The notes under the pieces: model-generated
The model's database searches: none
What the model was told of the DNA's origin: nothing
What the model saw: only the letters and a program-made list of their open reading frames with translations
Translations under genes and position numbers: made by a program
Origin: Clostridia bacterium
GTDB taxonomy: Bacteria > Bacillota > Clostridia > Christensenellales > QALW01
Direction: 5' to 3'
NCBI GenBank assembly: GCA_017516345.1
Contig: JAFXDC010000026.1
Coordinates: 2,334 to 66,333 of the forward strand
DNA: 64,000 nucleotides
Shown: piece by piece, positions 17,948 to 27,596 of the stretch
Position numbering within the stretch: the stretch's first letter is position 1
How the letters are laid out: every line of letters begins with the position of its first letter

Positions 17948-20689
17948 TTATCCTTTTCTGAACCTGAAGCTCTGCGGTCCATCACTGCTTGGCACGTTGT
18001 AGGTGTGCTGATAGCTCTGCGTGACCGCATCGTAATAGCATTGCCAATAGTCGTTGCCGTAAACCGATTGATCCACCTTGACCCATTTGCCCTCCACAAG
18101 CCTTTCAAGCACGTAGCCGCTGTAGCCCTCTGCACCCATGAAGGTAAGTGCAACGTGACCCGTGCCGCCCCTAAGGGTGATCTCCGCCTCGTCCTGCTCA
18201 AGCTCCACCGCTACCGGGTAAAGGCTCGTCACAGTGCCCTTTTGCGCGATGACCTCAAGCCTCTCGCCCCTTAAAAAATACATGGCAAGATTTTTTATGA
18301 ATTCATCACCCTCACCGGGAACGCCGCGAATGCCCTCGTCGGGACCGTAGTATCCGTTCAGGCCCTCACCTATATGGGTGGGCAGAGGAACAAACTGCAC
18401 CGTTCCCTCCACCGTGCTTCCCTTTTTGATGATGCTTCCCGCCTCTGCCGGCGCGCCGAGCTCCACCACCGCGCAGGGGATGTTGTATGCTCCGTATAAC
18501 GCCTTATTTACCTTAATGCTTACCGATGGCTTGTCATAATGCTTGCCGTTTATCAGGGAGGACCAGGAGAGAAGATGTATCATTCTTGCACCGGGCTCGC
18601 CGTATTGTTGCTCATACAAGGTACTGCACCTCTCAAGCACGAAAAGCCCCTCGCCCCCTATTTCTATGCGTTGTTGGGCATCTGCATCGATATAGCCCTC
18701 TCCTACGGTGCTGTAGTCTATATCCATGGTGCCGTTATAGCTCTTGCCTCCAAGGGTAAATGCGGCATCACCGTCCATATTGCCAAGGGTTATTTTAGAG
18801 AAGCTGGTATTGTAATCATCAGCGCCGAATGCAAAGAAGTAAAGTCTTGAAAACTCAACGTCCTTTAAAAAATCATATTTTATATTGTAGGTGGCTTTTG
18901 CCGCGTCGTTGGTGCGGGACATATTGACCTGCACCCTTATGCGTACCGCATCATCCTTGGTGATGCCGCTATATACCACCTCGTTTATGCACGGGCCCTG
19001 CTTTATAAACCGAGTTGTCAATTGCTTAAGGGGGACCTCCTTGCCGTTTTTGTCATACATCGCAAAGAAGTCCGAGCCCGATACACCGCTTGGCCAGTTG
19101 TATTTTTGACCCTCCGCCCACGAGCCGTAGCACAGCAGCGGCAGTACGTCGTTTATCGCCGCACCCGTTCCGTGCGCCTTTTCGATATCATAACAGAAGC
19201 TGTCGCTGAAGGAGCCTACCGTGCTTGTCTCCCATTGCTGATAATTTCCTCCCCATCCCGCAAGACAGAGCTGGGAATGACTGCAGGCAAAGACACCGCC
19301 CCATTTGGGATAGGCAACCGTTACCTCGTACGTTACCGTCTTGCCCGCGGGCACGTCAATGAGGGTGTAGCCGTGAAACCACGTTCCCGACCATATCCTC
19401 CTTGGATCGTTTCTTGCGGCATAGTTGCCGTTTTTATCGGTGGAATAGTTGTGCCAGTTTCGGCACATCTGCACGTAGTGACCCGTGGGCTCGCCGCTTT
19501 GCACGTCGCGGAGCATAACGCTCATGCCCTCCACCGCAAAGCTGCCCTCCTTTAAAAGCTGTACGGGCATTGTAATATCGGCATTTGTGGGATTGGTAAG
19601 GGTGATGGTCAGGCGGTCAAGCTCATCAAGCCTCTCCTCCTGTTGGAAATCGCTGTGGCGATAGGTGCTCATCGCGCTCATATCCACGGTAAGATATCCC
19701 TTGGTCATGTCAAGCACGGTCTTTTGCTCCTTACCCTCCTTGGGGGATATCTGCACCGCCTGAGCCTCAAGCTCACTCCCCGCCAGGTAGTTGACCGCAT
19801 CCTGACCGCTTGCATTTGCCGATGGGATCACTATAACGCTAAGCCCGTCCAGGTCGTTCTTTTTGATCTTTAGGGATCTTTTTATCCTGATGACGTTACC
19901 CTCAGCCTCAACCGTGGCATCCTTTGGCACCACAACCGAAAAACCGCTGCCATCCTTTTTTGCCACCGTGACGGCTCTTTCGGCGCGATACACCACGCCG
20001 TAATCCTCGGTCAGCTTAAATTCCATGCCCACACCAAGGTCGTTGCGCCTGTCATCGGGAGAGAATAAGCCTATCTCAAGGGCAAGATATCTGGGCATGG
20101 CGGATATCTCTACTCTGCCCACCACCGGATCAAGACCCTGAAACCTTATCTTCATTACGTCTATGCGGCTTATAAATCTGCCGGTCTCAAGTATTCTGGA
20201 GCTATAGCTTCCCGTGCCTATGGCGGCGGTTCCCGTATATGCGCACTCCTCGCCGTTTTGGTTTATTGCAAAATAGCTCGTGGTTATACCGTCAAGGGAT
20301 TCTATAAGATCATTGTCCGCAATTGCGGCCTGAGCCTGAGATATCTCCTCCTTTATCACCCCAAGCTTCATCAGCTTGCCGCTTACCGTGTTAAAGGCAA
20401 GCCCGTAATGGCCGGTCTGAATATTCATCTGCCATTTGCCGCCCTTGTTGAAGCCATCCCGCCACCAGGCAAGAGAGTAGTCCCGCACCTCCGAGCGCTG
20501 AATGACGTTGCCCGAGGCGTCAAACAAAAACTCCTTGCCGCTCGGTGCAGGCTCAAGGGGCGTGCCTGTCCCCACAGTCGACGAGGCGGTCGGGCGCACC
20601 TCCACGGATGCGTCGGGCGTACCCGTATCGCAGCCGCAGGAAAGCAAAAGAATAAATATCATAACTGTAATAAGATATCTTTTTAACAT
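17948..20689 (-). CDS. Large putative lipoprotein of unknown function (913 aa)
   Basis: Signal peptide with lipobox-like 'LLLSCGCD'. The ATG at 20689 lies 6 nt after GGGAGGA. No catalytic motif recognised. Confidence 0.7.
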   Translation of the reverse strand: MLKRYLITVMIFILLLSCGCDTGTPDASVEVRPTASSTVGTGTPLEPAPSGKEFLFDASGNVIQRSEVRDYSLAWWRDGFNKGGKWQMNIQTGHYGLAFNTVSGKLMKLGVIKEEISQAQAAIADNDLIESLDGITTSYFAINQNGEECAYTGTAAIGTGSYSSRILETGRFISRIDVMKIRFQGLDPVVGRVEISAMPRYLALEIGLFSPDDRRNDLGVGMEFKLTEDYGVVYRAERAVTVAKKDGSGFSVVVPKDATVEAEGNVIRIKRSLKIKKNDLDGLSVIVIPSANASGQDAVNYLAGSELEAQAVQISPKEGKEQKTVLDMTKGYLTVDMSAMSTYRHSDFQQEERLDELDRLTITLTNPTNADITMPVQLLKEGSFAVEGMSVMLRDVQSGEPTGHYVQMCRNWHNYSTDKNGNYAARNDPRRIWSGTWFHGYTLIDVPAGKTVTYEVTVAYPKWGGVFACSHSQLCLAGWGGNYQQWETSTVGSFSDSFCYDIEKAHGTGAAINDVLPLLCYGSWAEGQKYNWPSGVSGSDFFAMYDKNGKEVPLKQLTTRFIKQGPCINEVVYSGITKDDAVRIRVQVNMSRTNDAAKATYNIKYDFLKDVEFSRLYFFAFGADDYNTSFSKITLGNMDGDAAFTLGGKSYNGTMDIDYSTVGEGYIDADAQQRIEIGGEGLFVLERCSTLYEQQYGEPGARMIHLLSWSSLINGKHYDKPSVSIKVNKALYGAYNIPCAVVELGAPAEAGSIIKKGSTVEGTVQFVPLPTHIGEGLNGYYGPDEGIRGVPGEGDEFIKNLAMYFLRGERLEVIAQKGTVTSLYPVAVELEQDEAEITLRGGTGHVALTFMGAEGYSGYVLERLVEGKWVKVDQSVYGNDYWQCYYDAVTQSYQHTYNVPSSDGPQSFRFRKG

Positions 20690-20795
20690 GACCATCCTCC
20701 CGTATCTTGGGTATATCTTGATTATATCAAACCCCGTTCCAAGGATAAATACACAATACTAACTTTTTTACGCACAATATTAACCTCTTAAAAAA

Positions 20796-20829
20796 TAAAA
20801 AAATGGCTCCGAAAAACGAAGCCATCAAA
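20796..20829 (-). terminator. Terminator of the ferredoxin gene
   Basis: ATGGCTTCG-ttttt-CGGAGCCAT followed by T7 on the minus strand. Confidence 0.7.
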
Positions 20830-20855
20830 ACTAACCGTTTTGTCCCTTATGTAAA

Positions 20856-21026
20856 TTATGCCTGAGCAGGAGCATCTACGGGGCAAACGTCTGCGCAAGC
20901 GCCGCACTCGATGCAAGCGTCAGCGTCGATAACGTACTGACCGTCACCCTCAGCAATTGCATTTACAGGGCACTCACCCTCGCATGCGCCGCAGGAGATG
21001 CACTTATCGTCAATTACATATGCCAT
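20856..21026 (-). CDS. fdx: 2x[4Fe-4S] clostridial-type ferredoxin (56 aa; below the ORF-track cutoff)
   Basis: Hand translation gives MAYVIDDKCISCGACEGECPVNAIAEGDGQYVIDADACIECGACADVCPVDAPAQA*, with two CxxCxxCxxxCP motifs. RBS AAAGGAGGA. Confidence 0.9.
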   Translation of the reverse strand: MAYVIDDKCISCGACEGECPVNAIAEGDGQYVIDADACIECGACADVCPVDAPAQA

Positions 21027-21086
21027 GAGAAAATCCTCCTTTTCATATTTAACGTTTGATTTTAAGGTATCTTCATACCGTAAAAT

Positions 21087-21114
21087 ATTATAGCATAATA
21101 AATATATTTTGCAA
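21087..21114 (-). promoter_or_regulatory. Strong sigma-70-type promoter for ferredoxin
   Basis: On the minus strand: TTGCAA, 16 nt, TATAAT, with TGc at the extended -10 position. Confidence 0.55.
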
Positions 21115-21189
21115 ACAAAAAATATATTTATTTTTTAAAACCTTTGCTTTTGACGGCTTATAGAGCAGTTTTTCTTGAAAAAAGCCGTT

Positions 21190-23385
21190 TTACCACTCGT
21201 TTATTCGCTTTTTCATGCCCTGAATATCAAGCACGGAGCATGCGAAGCCCTTCTTTACCAGCTCGGGAGGCAAAAATTCGTCGTATTTGTCAAACAGCGG
21301 AAGCTCGTTTTGATAAATAAGCTCCATCGGATCAAGCTCCTTTGCCGCCTCAAGCTTTAGCGCCTCAAAAAACTCCTCACGGCTCGCCTTCATCTTAAAG
21401 ATCATAAAATACGGTCTTGACGATTCAAATCCGCTTATTCCAAGGCTTGCGCACTTAAGCTTTATAAATCGCTCAAGCGCAAGGAAGGAATAGGTTCCAA
21501 GCCACGGAAGCAAGCACCACATATCCCCGCCAAGATGCATCAGCGGGGTCTCCGTCATCCCCGAGCCCTTGGCACTCTGACGCGCCTGCCTCAGCCTCTC
21601 CGCCGCGCTTTTGCCAAGATAGGGGTATTCCTCACCCGATGCAAGCACTTGCTTTATCATAAGCAGCACCTCGGTGTGGATATCCCCCGGGCACAGTCCG
21701 AAGAAGGCGGGCACCTTGCCCTTTACCTCGGTGACGTATACCGAGCGCTTCTTGTGGTCTATCTCCTCAACAAGCCATACCTTGCCCGCTATTGCAAGCT
21801 TTTCCCCCGCAGGTGGCGGCTGTACCACGGTTCCAAGCTCCTGGGACTGACAGCGCACGGTATATTCCTCGTTATCCTTAAATACCGCGTAAAACTTAAA
21901 GGAGTTCACCTGCCGCTCCCCGTTAAGACCCACGATGAGTCCGCCCTCCTCGGTCTTGTGAAGCTGACCGGTGGCAAGCAGATGTCTGAGCAAGCACAGA
22001 TAATCCTCCTTGCTCACCCTCTCAAAGGGACTTAGCTTGAGCACGGTCGCCGCAAGCGCGGCGGGACGCAGCTCACCCGAGGAGGCAAGCACGCTCATGG
22101 TCTGATGATACAAAAGGCTGTACGGCAGACGCCCTCTTATCGGAGGCTCCACCCATCTTTTTTTAAGATAAAGCTCTATTAAGGCTATTGCCTGTAAAAG
22201 CTGCCACGGAACGGTCTGTGGAAGCATCGCCCTGGCCTCGGGCTTTTCCTCACGGATAACAAAATGCATCTCCTGAGGCTGGCCTCTTCTGCCCGTCCTT
22301 CCCATTCTCTGCAAAAATGAGGATACCGTAGCGGGAGCGTTTAGCTGAAACGCTCTCTCAAGCTTGCCGATATCTATTCCGAGCTCCAAAGTGGAGGTGG
22401 TAACGGTGGAGAGATATCTGTCCTCGTCCTTCATTATCTCCTCCGCGCTCTCCCTGAAGGATGCGGACAGATTGCCGTGATGTATCAAAAATCTGTCGGG
22501 CTCGCCGTTATATTCACAAAGCGACCTGAGGCTTGTCGTGACCCCCTCACACTCCTCGCGCGAGTTTACAAACACAAGACTCTTTTTGCCCCTTGTCTTG
22601 TCAAAGATATATCTGTACGCCCCATCTGCACCCTTGAGAGGGTCGCTCTCATCCTGCAGGGCAGGCATATTTACCTTGCTTTCATCATCCACAAAGAAAT
22701 GCTCCATGCTAAGGCGCCAGCGCATCCCGCTTGACTCTATCCTTGGAATGACCGTACGTCTGCCCGTTCCTCTGGAAAGCAGCTCCCCCGCCGCCTCGGG
22801 CTCGCCAAGGGTGGCGGAAAGTCCTATCCTTCGCGGATCCGCTCCGGCAAGAGCGCACAGCCTCTCAATAAGGCATATGGTCTGTCCGCCGCGGTCTCCC
22901 CGCAAAAGAGAGTGCACCTCGTCGATGACCACAAACCTCAGATCCCCAAACAGACGCGCAATATCCCCGTGTCTGTGCATAAGCATGGCCTCAAGGGATT
23001 CGGGAGTTATCTGAAGTATCCCCCGCGGCTTGCTTATCATCTTGCTCTTATGGCTCTGTGAAACGTCCCCGTGCCAATGCCATACCGGGATATCCGCCTC
23101 TCTGCAAAGGTCGTTAAGGCGCTCAAACTGGTCGTTTATAAGTGCCTTAAGGGGTGCAATATATATCGCCCCTATGCTCTTTGGCATCTGTTCGTTAAGC
23201 ACCGTTAATATCGGAAAGAACGCCGCCTCGGTCTTTCCCGATGCGGTGGAGGCGGCAAGCAAAAGATTCTCATCGGTGTCAAATATCACCTCGCCCGCCG
23301 CTACCTGAACTCCACGCAGGGACTCCCATCCGTTTTGATATATATGATCCTGTATAAACGGTGCATACCTGTCAAAAATACTCAT
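21190..23385 (-). CDS. sngC: SF2 DEVH-box helicase, Lhr-like (third gene of the TerB-ATPase-helicase triad; Shango SngC-like)
   Basis: Motif I 'ASTASGKTEAAF', motif II 'VVIDEVHS', motif III 'SATL', motif VI 'QRMGRTGRRG', and a long C-terminal extension. Starts 9 nt after the ATPase gene. Confidence 0.65.
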   Translation of the reverse strand: MSIFDRYAPFIQDHIYQNGWESLRGVQVAAGEVIFDTDENLLLAASTASGKTEAAFFPILTVLNEQMPKSIGAIYIAPLKALINDQFERLNDLCREADIPVWHWHGDVSQSHKSKMISKPRGILQITPESLEAMLMHRHGDIARLFGDLRFVVIDEVHSLLRGDRGGQTICLIERLCALAGADPRRIGLSATLGEPEAAGELLSRGTGRRTVIPRIESSGMRWRLSMEHFFVDDESKVNMPALQDESDPLKGADGAYRYIFDKTRGKKSLVFVNSREECEGVTTSLRSLCEYNGEPDRFLIHHGNLSASFRESAEEIMKDEDRYLSTVTTSTLELGIDIGKLERAFQLNAPATVSSFLQRMGRTGRRGQPQEMHFVIREEKPEARAMLPQTVPWQLLQAIALIELYLKKRWVEPPIRGRLPYSLLYHQTMSVLASSGELRPAALAATVLKLSPFERVSKEDYLCLLRHLLATGQLHKTEEGGLIVGLNGERQVNSFKFYAVFKDNEEYTVRCQSQELGTVVQPPPAGEKLAIAGKVWLVEEIDHKKRSVYVTEVKGKVPAFFGLCPGDIHTEVLLMIKQVLASGEEYPYLGKSAAERLRQARQSAKGSGMTETPLMHLGGDMWCLLPWLGTYSFLALERFIKLKCASLGISGFESSRPYFMIFKMKASREEFFEALKLEAAKELDPMELIYQNELPLFDKYDEFLPPELVKKGFACSVLDIQGMKKRINEW

Positions 23386-23394
23386 AATTCTCTC

Positions 23395-24702
23395 TTATAA
23401 AACAAATTCCGCAAATTCGTCCTGCTCGTCGTCTTGATCTGCCGAGGCAAACTCAAAGCCCTCCCCGAGCAGACCCTTTACCGAGGCGGTGGGGTTCTGG
23501 TGCAGGATATTCAAAAGCTCTATAAAATCCCTTATCACCTCACGCGGGGTGATATTTCTTTCCGCCCCTATCCTTCCAAGCTCTATCTTGATAAATGCCA
23601 CTATATCCTGACTGGTTACGTTGCTTTGGTATCCGAAGAGCTCGCAGTGTATCTCCTTGAGCTTCTCACAAAGCACGGTAAGCTCCTCTCCGTTTAAGGG
23701 GGAAAGCTTTATCACGGGGGCAAGCATATCCTTAACCTCATCACTGCCAAAGCGCCCCTGCTCAAGACGGGACCGTAGCGCCTCATAGCTGTATACGCCC
23801 CGTCTGGTGTCCTCTATGCATTGTGGGGTTCCGCCCATTATCACTCCAAGATAATGTGCCTTACCCTGCAGAGCATCGTTGTACATGGTGAGTATCTTCT
23901 CGTAATTATACTGCCTTGTAATGCTGTTGGGGATCTTATATATATTTACAAGCTCATCGATAAATATTATAAGACCGCTGTATCCCGCCATCTTAAGAAA
24001 GGCGGCAAACAGCTTCAAATATTCGTACCAGTCCTCATCTGTTATGATGATGTTGACCCCAAGCTCGCTCTTGGCCTCACTTTTGGTGGAATACTCACCC
24101 CTGAACCACTTTATCACCCTTGCACAAAGCTCGTCATCCCCATCCATATAGGCGTTATAATAAAGGGTCAAAAGGCGGGCAAAATCAAAGCCGTGCACCA
24201 TCTGGCTTAAGGAATTGACCGTTTTGTGGATCTCGGCGTTCATCAAGCGTCTGAACTCGGCACTCTCAGGCGCGGCATCGGCAGAGACCGCCACCCCGCT
24301 TTGCAGAGTGCTTATCCATTTTTCAAGCACCAGATTCAGTGCCCCGCCCTCGGGACGCATCCTTACCGACATGTTTTGTACAAGCTCCTTATAGGTGGCA
24401 AGACCCTGACCCTTGGTGCCCTGAAGCCTGCGCTCGGGAGACAGGTCGCAATCCACCACCGCGAAGCCGCGGTCCATAACGTAGGTGCGCACAGTCTGCA
24501 TCAAAAAGCTCTTTCCGCTTCCGTACTTGCCCACTATAAAGCGAAACGCCGCACCGCCGTCCGCCACGATGTCAACGTCGTGCAAAAGTGCCTCTATCTC
24601 GGTCCTTCTTCCCACAGTGATGTATTGCAGTCCCACTCTGGGCACAACTCCGCCCTTAAGTGAGTTTATTATTGCGCTTGCTATCCTTTTAGGTATCTTC
24701 AT
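23395..24702 (-). CDS. sngB: P-loop ATPase (DUF2791-like; Shango SngB-like)
   Basis: Walker A 'GKYGSGKSF' and Walker B 'LIIFIDELV'. The start overlaps the upstream stop (ATGA at 24699-24702). Confidence 0.65.
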   Translation of the reverse strand: MKIPKRIASAIINSLKGGVVPRVGLQYITVGRRTEIEALLHDVDIVADGGAAFRFIVGKYGSGKSFLMQTVRTYVMDRGFAVVDCDLSPERRLQGTKGQGLATYKELVQNMSVRMRPEGGALNLVLEKWISTLQSGVAVSADAAPESAEFRRLMNAEIHKTVNSLSQMVHGFDFARLLTLYYNAYMDGDDELCARVIKWFRGEYSTKSEAKSELGVNIIITDEDWYEYLKLFAAFLKMAGYSGLIIFIDELVNIYKIPNSITRQYNYEKILTMYNDALQGKAHYLGVIMGGTPQCIEDTRRGVYSYEALRSRLEQGRFGSDEVKDMLAPVIKLSPLNGEELTVLCEKLKEIHCELFGYQSNVTSQDIVAFIKIELGRIGAERNITPREVIRDFIELLNILHQNPTASVKGLLGEGFEFASADQDDEQDEFAEFVL

Positions 24703-26171
24703 CTCTCCACAATTCCTTTCAGATCATCAAAATAATCCTCTATAATGCTTCCGTCCGCATCAAGCACGGTGTCGCCAACAAGGTCAAAGAGCTTTTGGTT
24801 TATGCTCTCCGACACCACGCTCTGCATCACTGCTCTGCTCCTGAGCATTGCCCTTGGGTCACCGCCCTGAAGCAAGAGCCGTATATATTCAAGCTCGACA
24901 TCATCAAGCCCGTACTTATCATGACTGTTCTCCTGCAGGTTTTCCGCACCTTCGGGCTTGGTCTCATCCTCTATATCTCCATATGCACAATTGCACATAT
25001 CAGCATTATTATGATCATGTGCTTCATTTTCGAGCTCCCACGTATCCATCTCTTCGTGCTCGACCGTGAGCCGCTGTGCGACCACGTCGGCATCCTCCCG
25101 AATGCCGTCAAGGGCAGAAAGGTCTATTACCACTCTTTTCGTGGCCTCTCTGCGCCTCGCGGCGGCAATGCGTCTTAATCCATCCGTGTAGGCCTTCTCC
25201 ACCAAGCCCTGCCGCACCGCGTTAAGGGATGCGTTCTTAAGCTCGGGGCTTACGCCGTATTTCTTGCGCAAAAAATTATCTATTCCCTTTAAAAGCTCGG
25301 CTATTCTTCGGGCGCCGCTGCGGTATTCAAGAAGTCTTGTAAGATACCATCTCCCGTCGCGACAGATGTATCTTTTAAATAGATTTATCTCCACCGTACA
25401 GTCCTCGTGCTCCTGCGGCAGATACACCGCCCCCGCAAACATCTGGTAAGGCGCCTCGTAGCAGCTTCCGAGCAAGCGCATAAAAAAGCTTTCGCCCCCC
25501 ATGCTTTGGTAATGCTCGGATATATACCGATACGCAAGATATACCGTGTAGTCGGTCTCCTCGGGGTATTTTGTGTATATCTTGGATTTTTCTATCCCAT
25601 AGGAGCTGAGCGCGCAGAGGGCTTCCAGCACCTCGCGGGGAGAATGCTCCTCCGCCTTATAAAGCACCTCGGCATGCTTATATTGCGGCTCTTTATCATC
25701 ATTAATACCAAATCCGTTTAAAATTGCAAGATCATCCGTCCACACAGGCAGATATTTTGCCACCGCGGGGTGGTTTCCGTAAGCGTGCAGGAGCTCCTTT
25801 AGCCTTTGATATCTCTGTTGCGCGCTTCCCCCTATGCCGTTTATAAGCTCATAGATATATACGAAAACAAAGCCTGTACAGGTCTGCTCATATATTCCCT
25901 CACGCGCGGCGGCGCGCCAGGTAAAATATCCTCTGAGCTGTTGGGTCGTCATATCCTCATAAGTGGGATAATAGCACTGAAAATCCCCCTTGTAGGGCAA
26001 GAAATCGGTGTGATCCTGCATGAATCGAGCTTGACGAAGGAATATCTCCGTCCTTGTCCCTTCGACGGCAAGCTGACGCATCTGTCGGTATTTTGGAGGG
26101 GTCAGCATTATGCCTGAGGGGGATATTGCTTCATCCCTGTATACCTTTTGGGTTATTTGGTCGATATCCAC
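24699..26171 (-). CDS. sngA: TerB-N/TerB-C domain protein (Shango SngA-like)
   Basis: 'YPTYEDMTTQQLRGYFTWR' resembles the TerB-N signature. An acidic linker precedes a C-terminal 'LELEYIRLLL...INQKLFDLVGDTVLD..IIEDY' that is TerB-C-like. GTG start preceded by AAGGGAGG. Confidence 0.6.
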   Translation of the reverse strand: MDIDQITQKVYRDEAISPSGIMLTPPKYRQMRQLAVEGTRTEIFLRQARFMQDHTDFLPYKGDFQCYYPTYEDMTTQQLRGYFTWRAAAREGIYEQTCTGFVFVYIYELINGIGGSAQQRYQRLKELLHAYGNHPAVAKYLPVWTDDLAILNGFGINDDKEPQYKHAEVLYKAEEHSPREVLEALCALSSYGIEKSKIYTKYPEETDYTVYLAYRYISEHYQSMGGESFFMRLLGSCYEAPYQMFAGAVYLPQEHEDCTVEINLFKRYICRDGRWYLTRLLEYRSGARRIAELLKGIDNFLRKKYGVSPELKNASLNAVRQGLVEKAYTDGLRRIAAARRREATKRVVIDLSALDGIREDADVVAQRLTVEHEEMDTWELENEAHDHNNADMCNCAYGDIEDETKPEGAENLQENSHDKYGLDDVELEYIRLLLQGGDPRAMLRSRAVMQSVVSESINQKLFDLVGDTVLDADGSIIEDYFDDLKGIVER

Positions 26172-26309
26172 CCCGGCCGCCTCCCTTGCTTTTATATTTC
26201 GGGTATCAAATTATTATATCATATTCATTTTAATATTACAATAATTATTATAAAAAAATCATTTTTTCTTTTATCTGTTGTTTTACCTCTCAACAATAGG
26301 GCGGCGCCG

Positions 26310-26348
26310 CGCGACTTCCGCCGTCGCTCCGCTCCCCTTCCGCCGCGG
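26310..26348 (+). repeat. GC-rich dispersed repeat, copy B
   Basis: CGCGACTTCCGCCGTCGCTCCGCTCCCCTTCCGCCGCGG. One substitution and a TG/C indel relative to 10093-10132. Confidence 0.6.
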
Positions 26349-26420
26349 CACTCGCCCATCAGCGAAGGTGCGTTTTTCGTCTTTTTCTTAGTAATTGATG
26401 TTTTTTTCTCTGTTATTCAT

Positions 26421-26455
26421 TAAAAAAGTCGCCCCGCAAAAGCAGGGCGACTCTT
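26421..26455 (-). terminator. Terminator of the 242-aa secreted-protein gene
   Basis: GTCGCCC-tgcttttgcg-GGGCGAC followed by T6 on the minus strand. Confidence 0.75.
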
Positions 26456-26493
26456 TTATCATCTGAACCTCTCGGATCTAAAGCCGTATTATA

Positions 26494-27222
26494 TTATTCA
26501 GCCTTCTTCTTTTTGGAAGCAAGAACCACTACTACGACCACAACGATCACAACAACTGCGCCGATCGCAGCCCAAAGGATCCAACCGTTGTTAGCGGGAG
26601 CGGGATCATCGGGGGTATCGGTGGGCTCTGTCGACTCAATAGGATCGGCGGGAGCATCGGTAGTAGCCTGAGTGGGTGCCTCGGTAGAGGGAGCCTCGGT
26701 TACAGGGGGCTCGGTCTCGGTGGAGCCTGCGCCGTAAGCGGTCTCGGTGAAGGTGAAGGTGTAGGGCTTGGAATAGTAGTACCATTCTGCACCGTTGCAG
26801 CATCCGAAGTACATGTTATAGGTCTTACCGGTCTCAAAGAGGAATACGGACTCCGCATCGTCAAACACAGGTCCTATCCAGCGCTCTGTAGCAAGGAACT
26901 CACCGTCTGTAGCGGTCTTGTAGAGCCTGGCATCGGCGCACTCACCTGCAAGCAGAGCGTCAAACAGAGCAGCTCCCTCTGCGGGCTCGGTGCCTGCTTC
27001 AAACATCCAAATGTCTACCCAAAGCAGATCGGTACCGTAGGGGTTGTTAGTTGTTGGGTATCTCTCGGGGAATTCGTAAGAGACGAAAACGTAACCGTCG
27101 GAATACTGCTCAAGCTCAACTATGTAATCATAATCAACAACGTTGGCTGCGGCAGATGCGCTGATGGCAAAAACACTGCACATCATGATTGCGGCAAAAA
27201 GGATTGCCATAAACTTTTTCAT
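26494..27222 (-). CDS. Secreted protein with a Thr/Pro-rich linker and C-terminal membrane anchor, unknown function
   Basis: Signal peptide 'MKKFMAILFAAIMMCSVFAISASA', a TEPPVTEAPSTEAPT linker, then 'VVVIVVVVVVVLASKKKK'. The ATG at 27222 follows GGAGG. Confidence 0.7.
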   Translation of the reverse strand: MKKFMAILFAAIMMCSVFAISASAAANVVDYDYIVELEQYSDGYVFVSYEFPERYPTTNNPYGTDLLWVDIWMFEAGTEPAEGAALFDALLAGECADARLYKTATDGEFLATERWIGPVFDDAESVFLFETGKTYNMYFGCCNGAEWYYYSKPYTFTFTETAYGAGSTETEPPVTEAPSTEAPTQATTDAPADPIESTEPTDTPDDPAPANNGWILWAAIGAVVVIVVVVVVVLASKKKKAE

Positions 27223-27596
27223 GAAAAATACCTCCAATTATTATTTTGGTGCTTATATTATACAACACCGAAAACCCATTGTAAATATCCTATTCTAACT
27301 TTTTTTAATGATTTTCATTACCAAAACTAACATTTGGGTATGTTTTTTTCACAAAACTCAAAATTTTTTTCGTTTCCAACCTTTTTTCAATATATAAAAA
27401 AATCTGCTCAACAGCCCAATATCAACCTATGCTACCGCTCTTGAAATGCTACACCTCACGGTCACGGCTCGCCTTGATCCATCATCCTGCTCCTTGGCAC
27501 GCACGCTTGTTGCTTCACTTACCCCTCACACAGCAGCGCCCCAAAAAATTAATCAAAAAAAATATCAAAAAAAGCCCTCAATAACGCTATAATTAT

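Noticed and set aside
10093-26348. The two GC-rich direct repeats as att sites of a 16-kb genomic island
   Set aside because: There is no integrase or other mobility gene between them, and the interval contains murA and other apparently core genes. They are kept only as a low-priority repeat observation.
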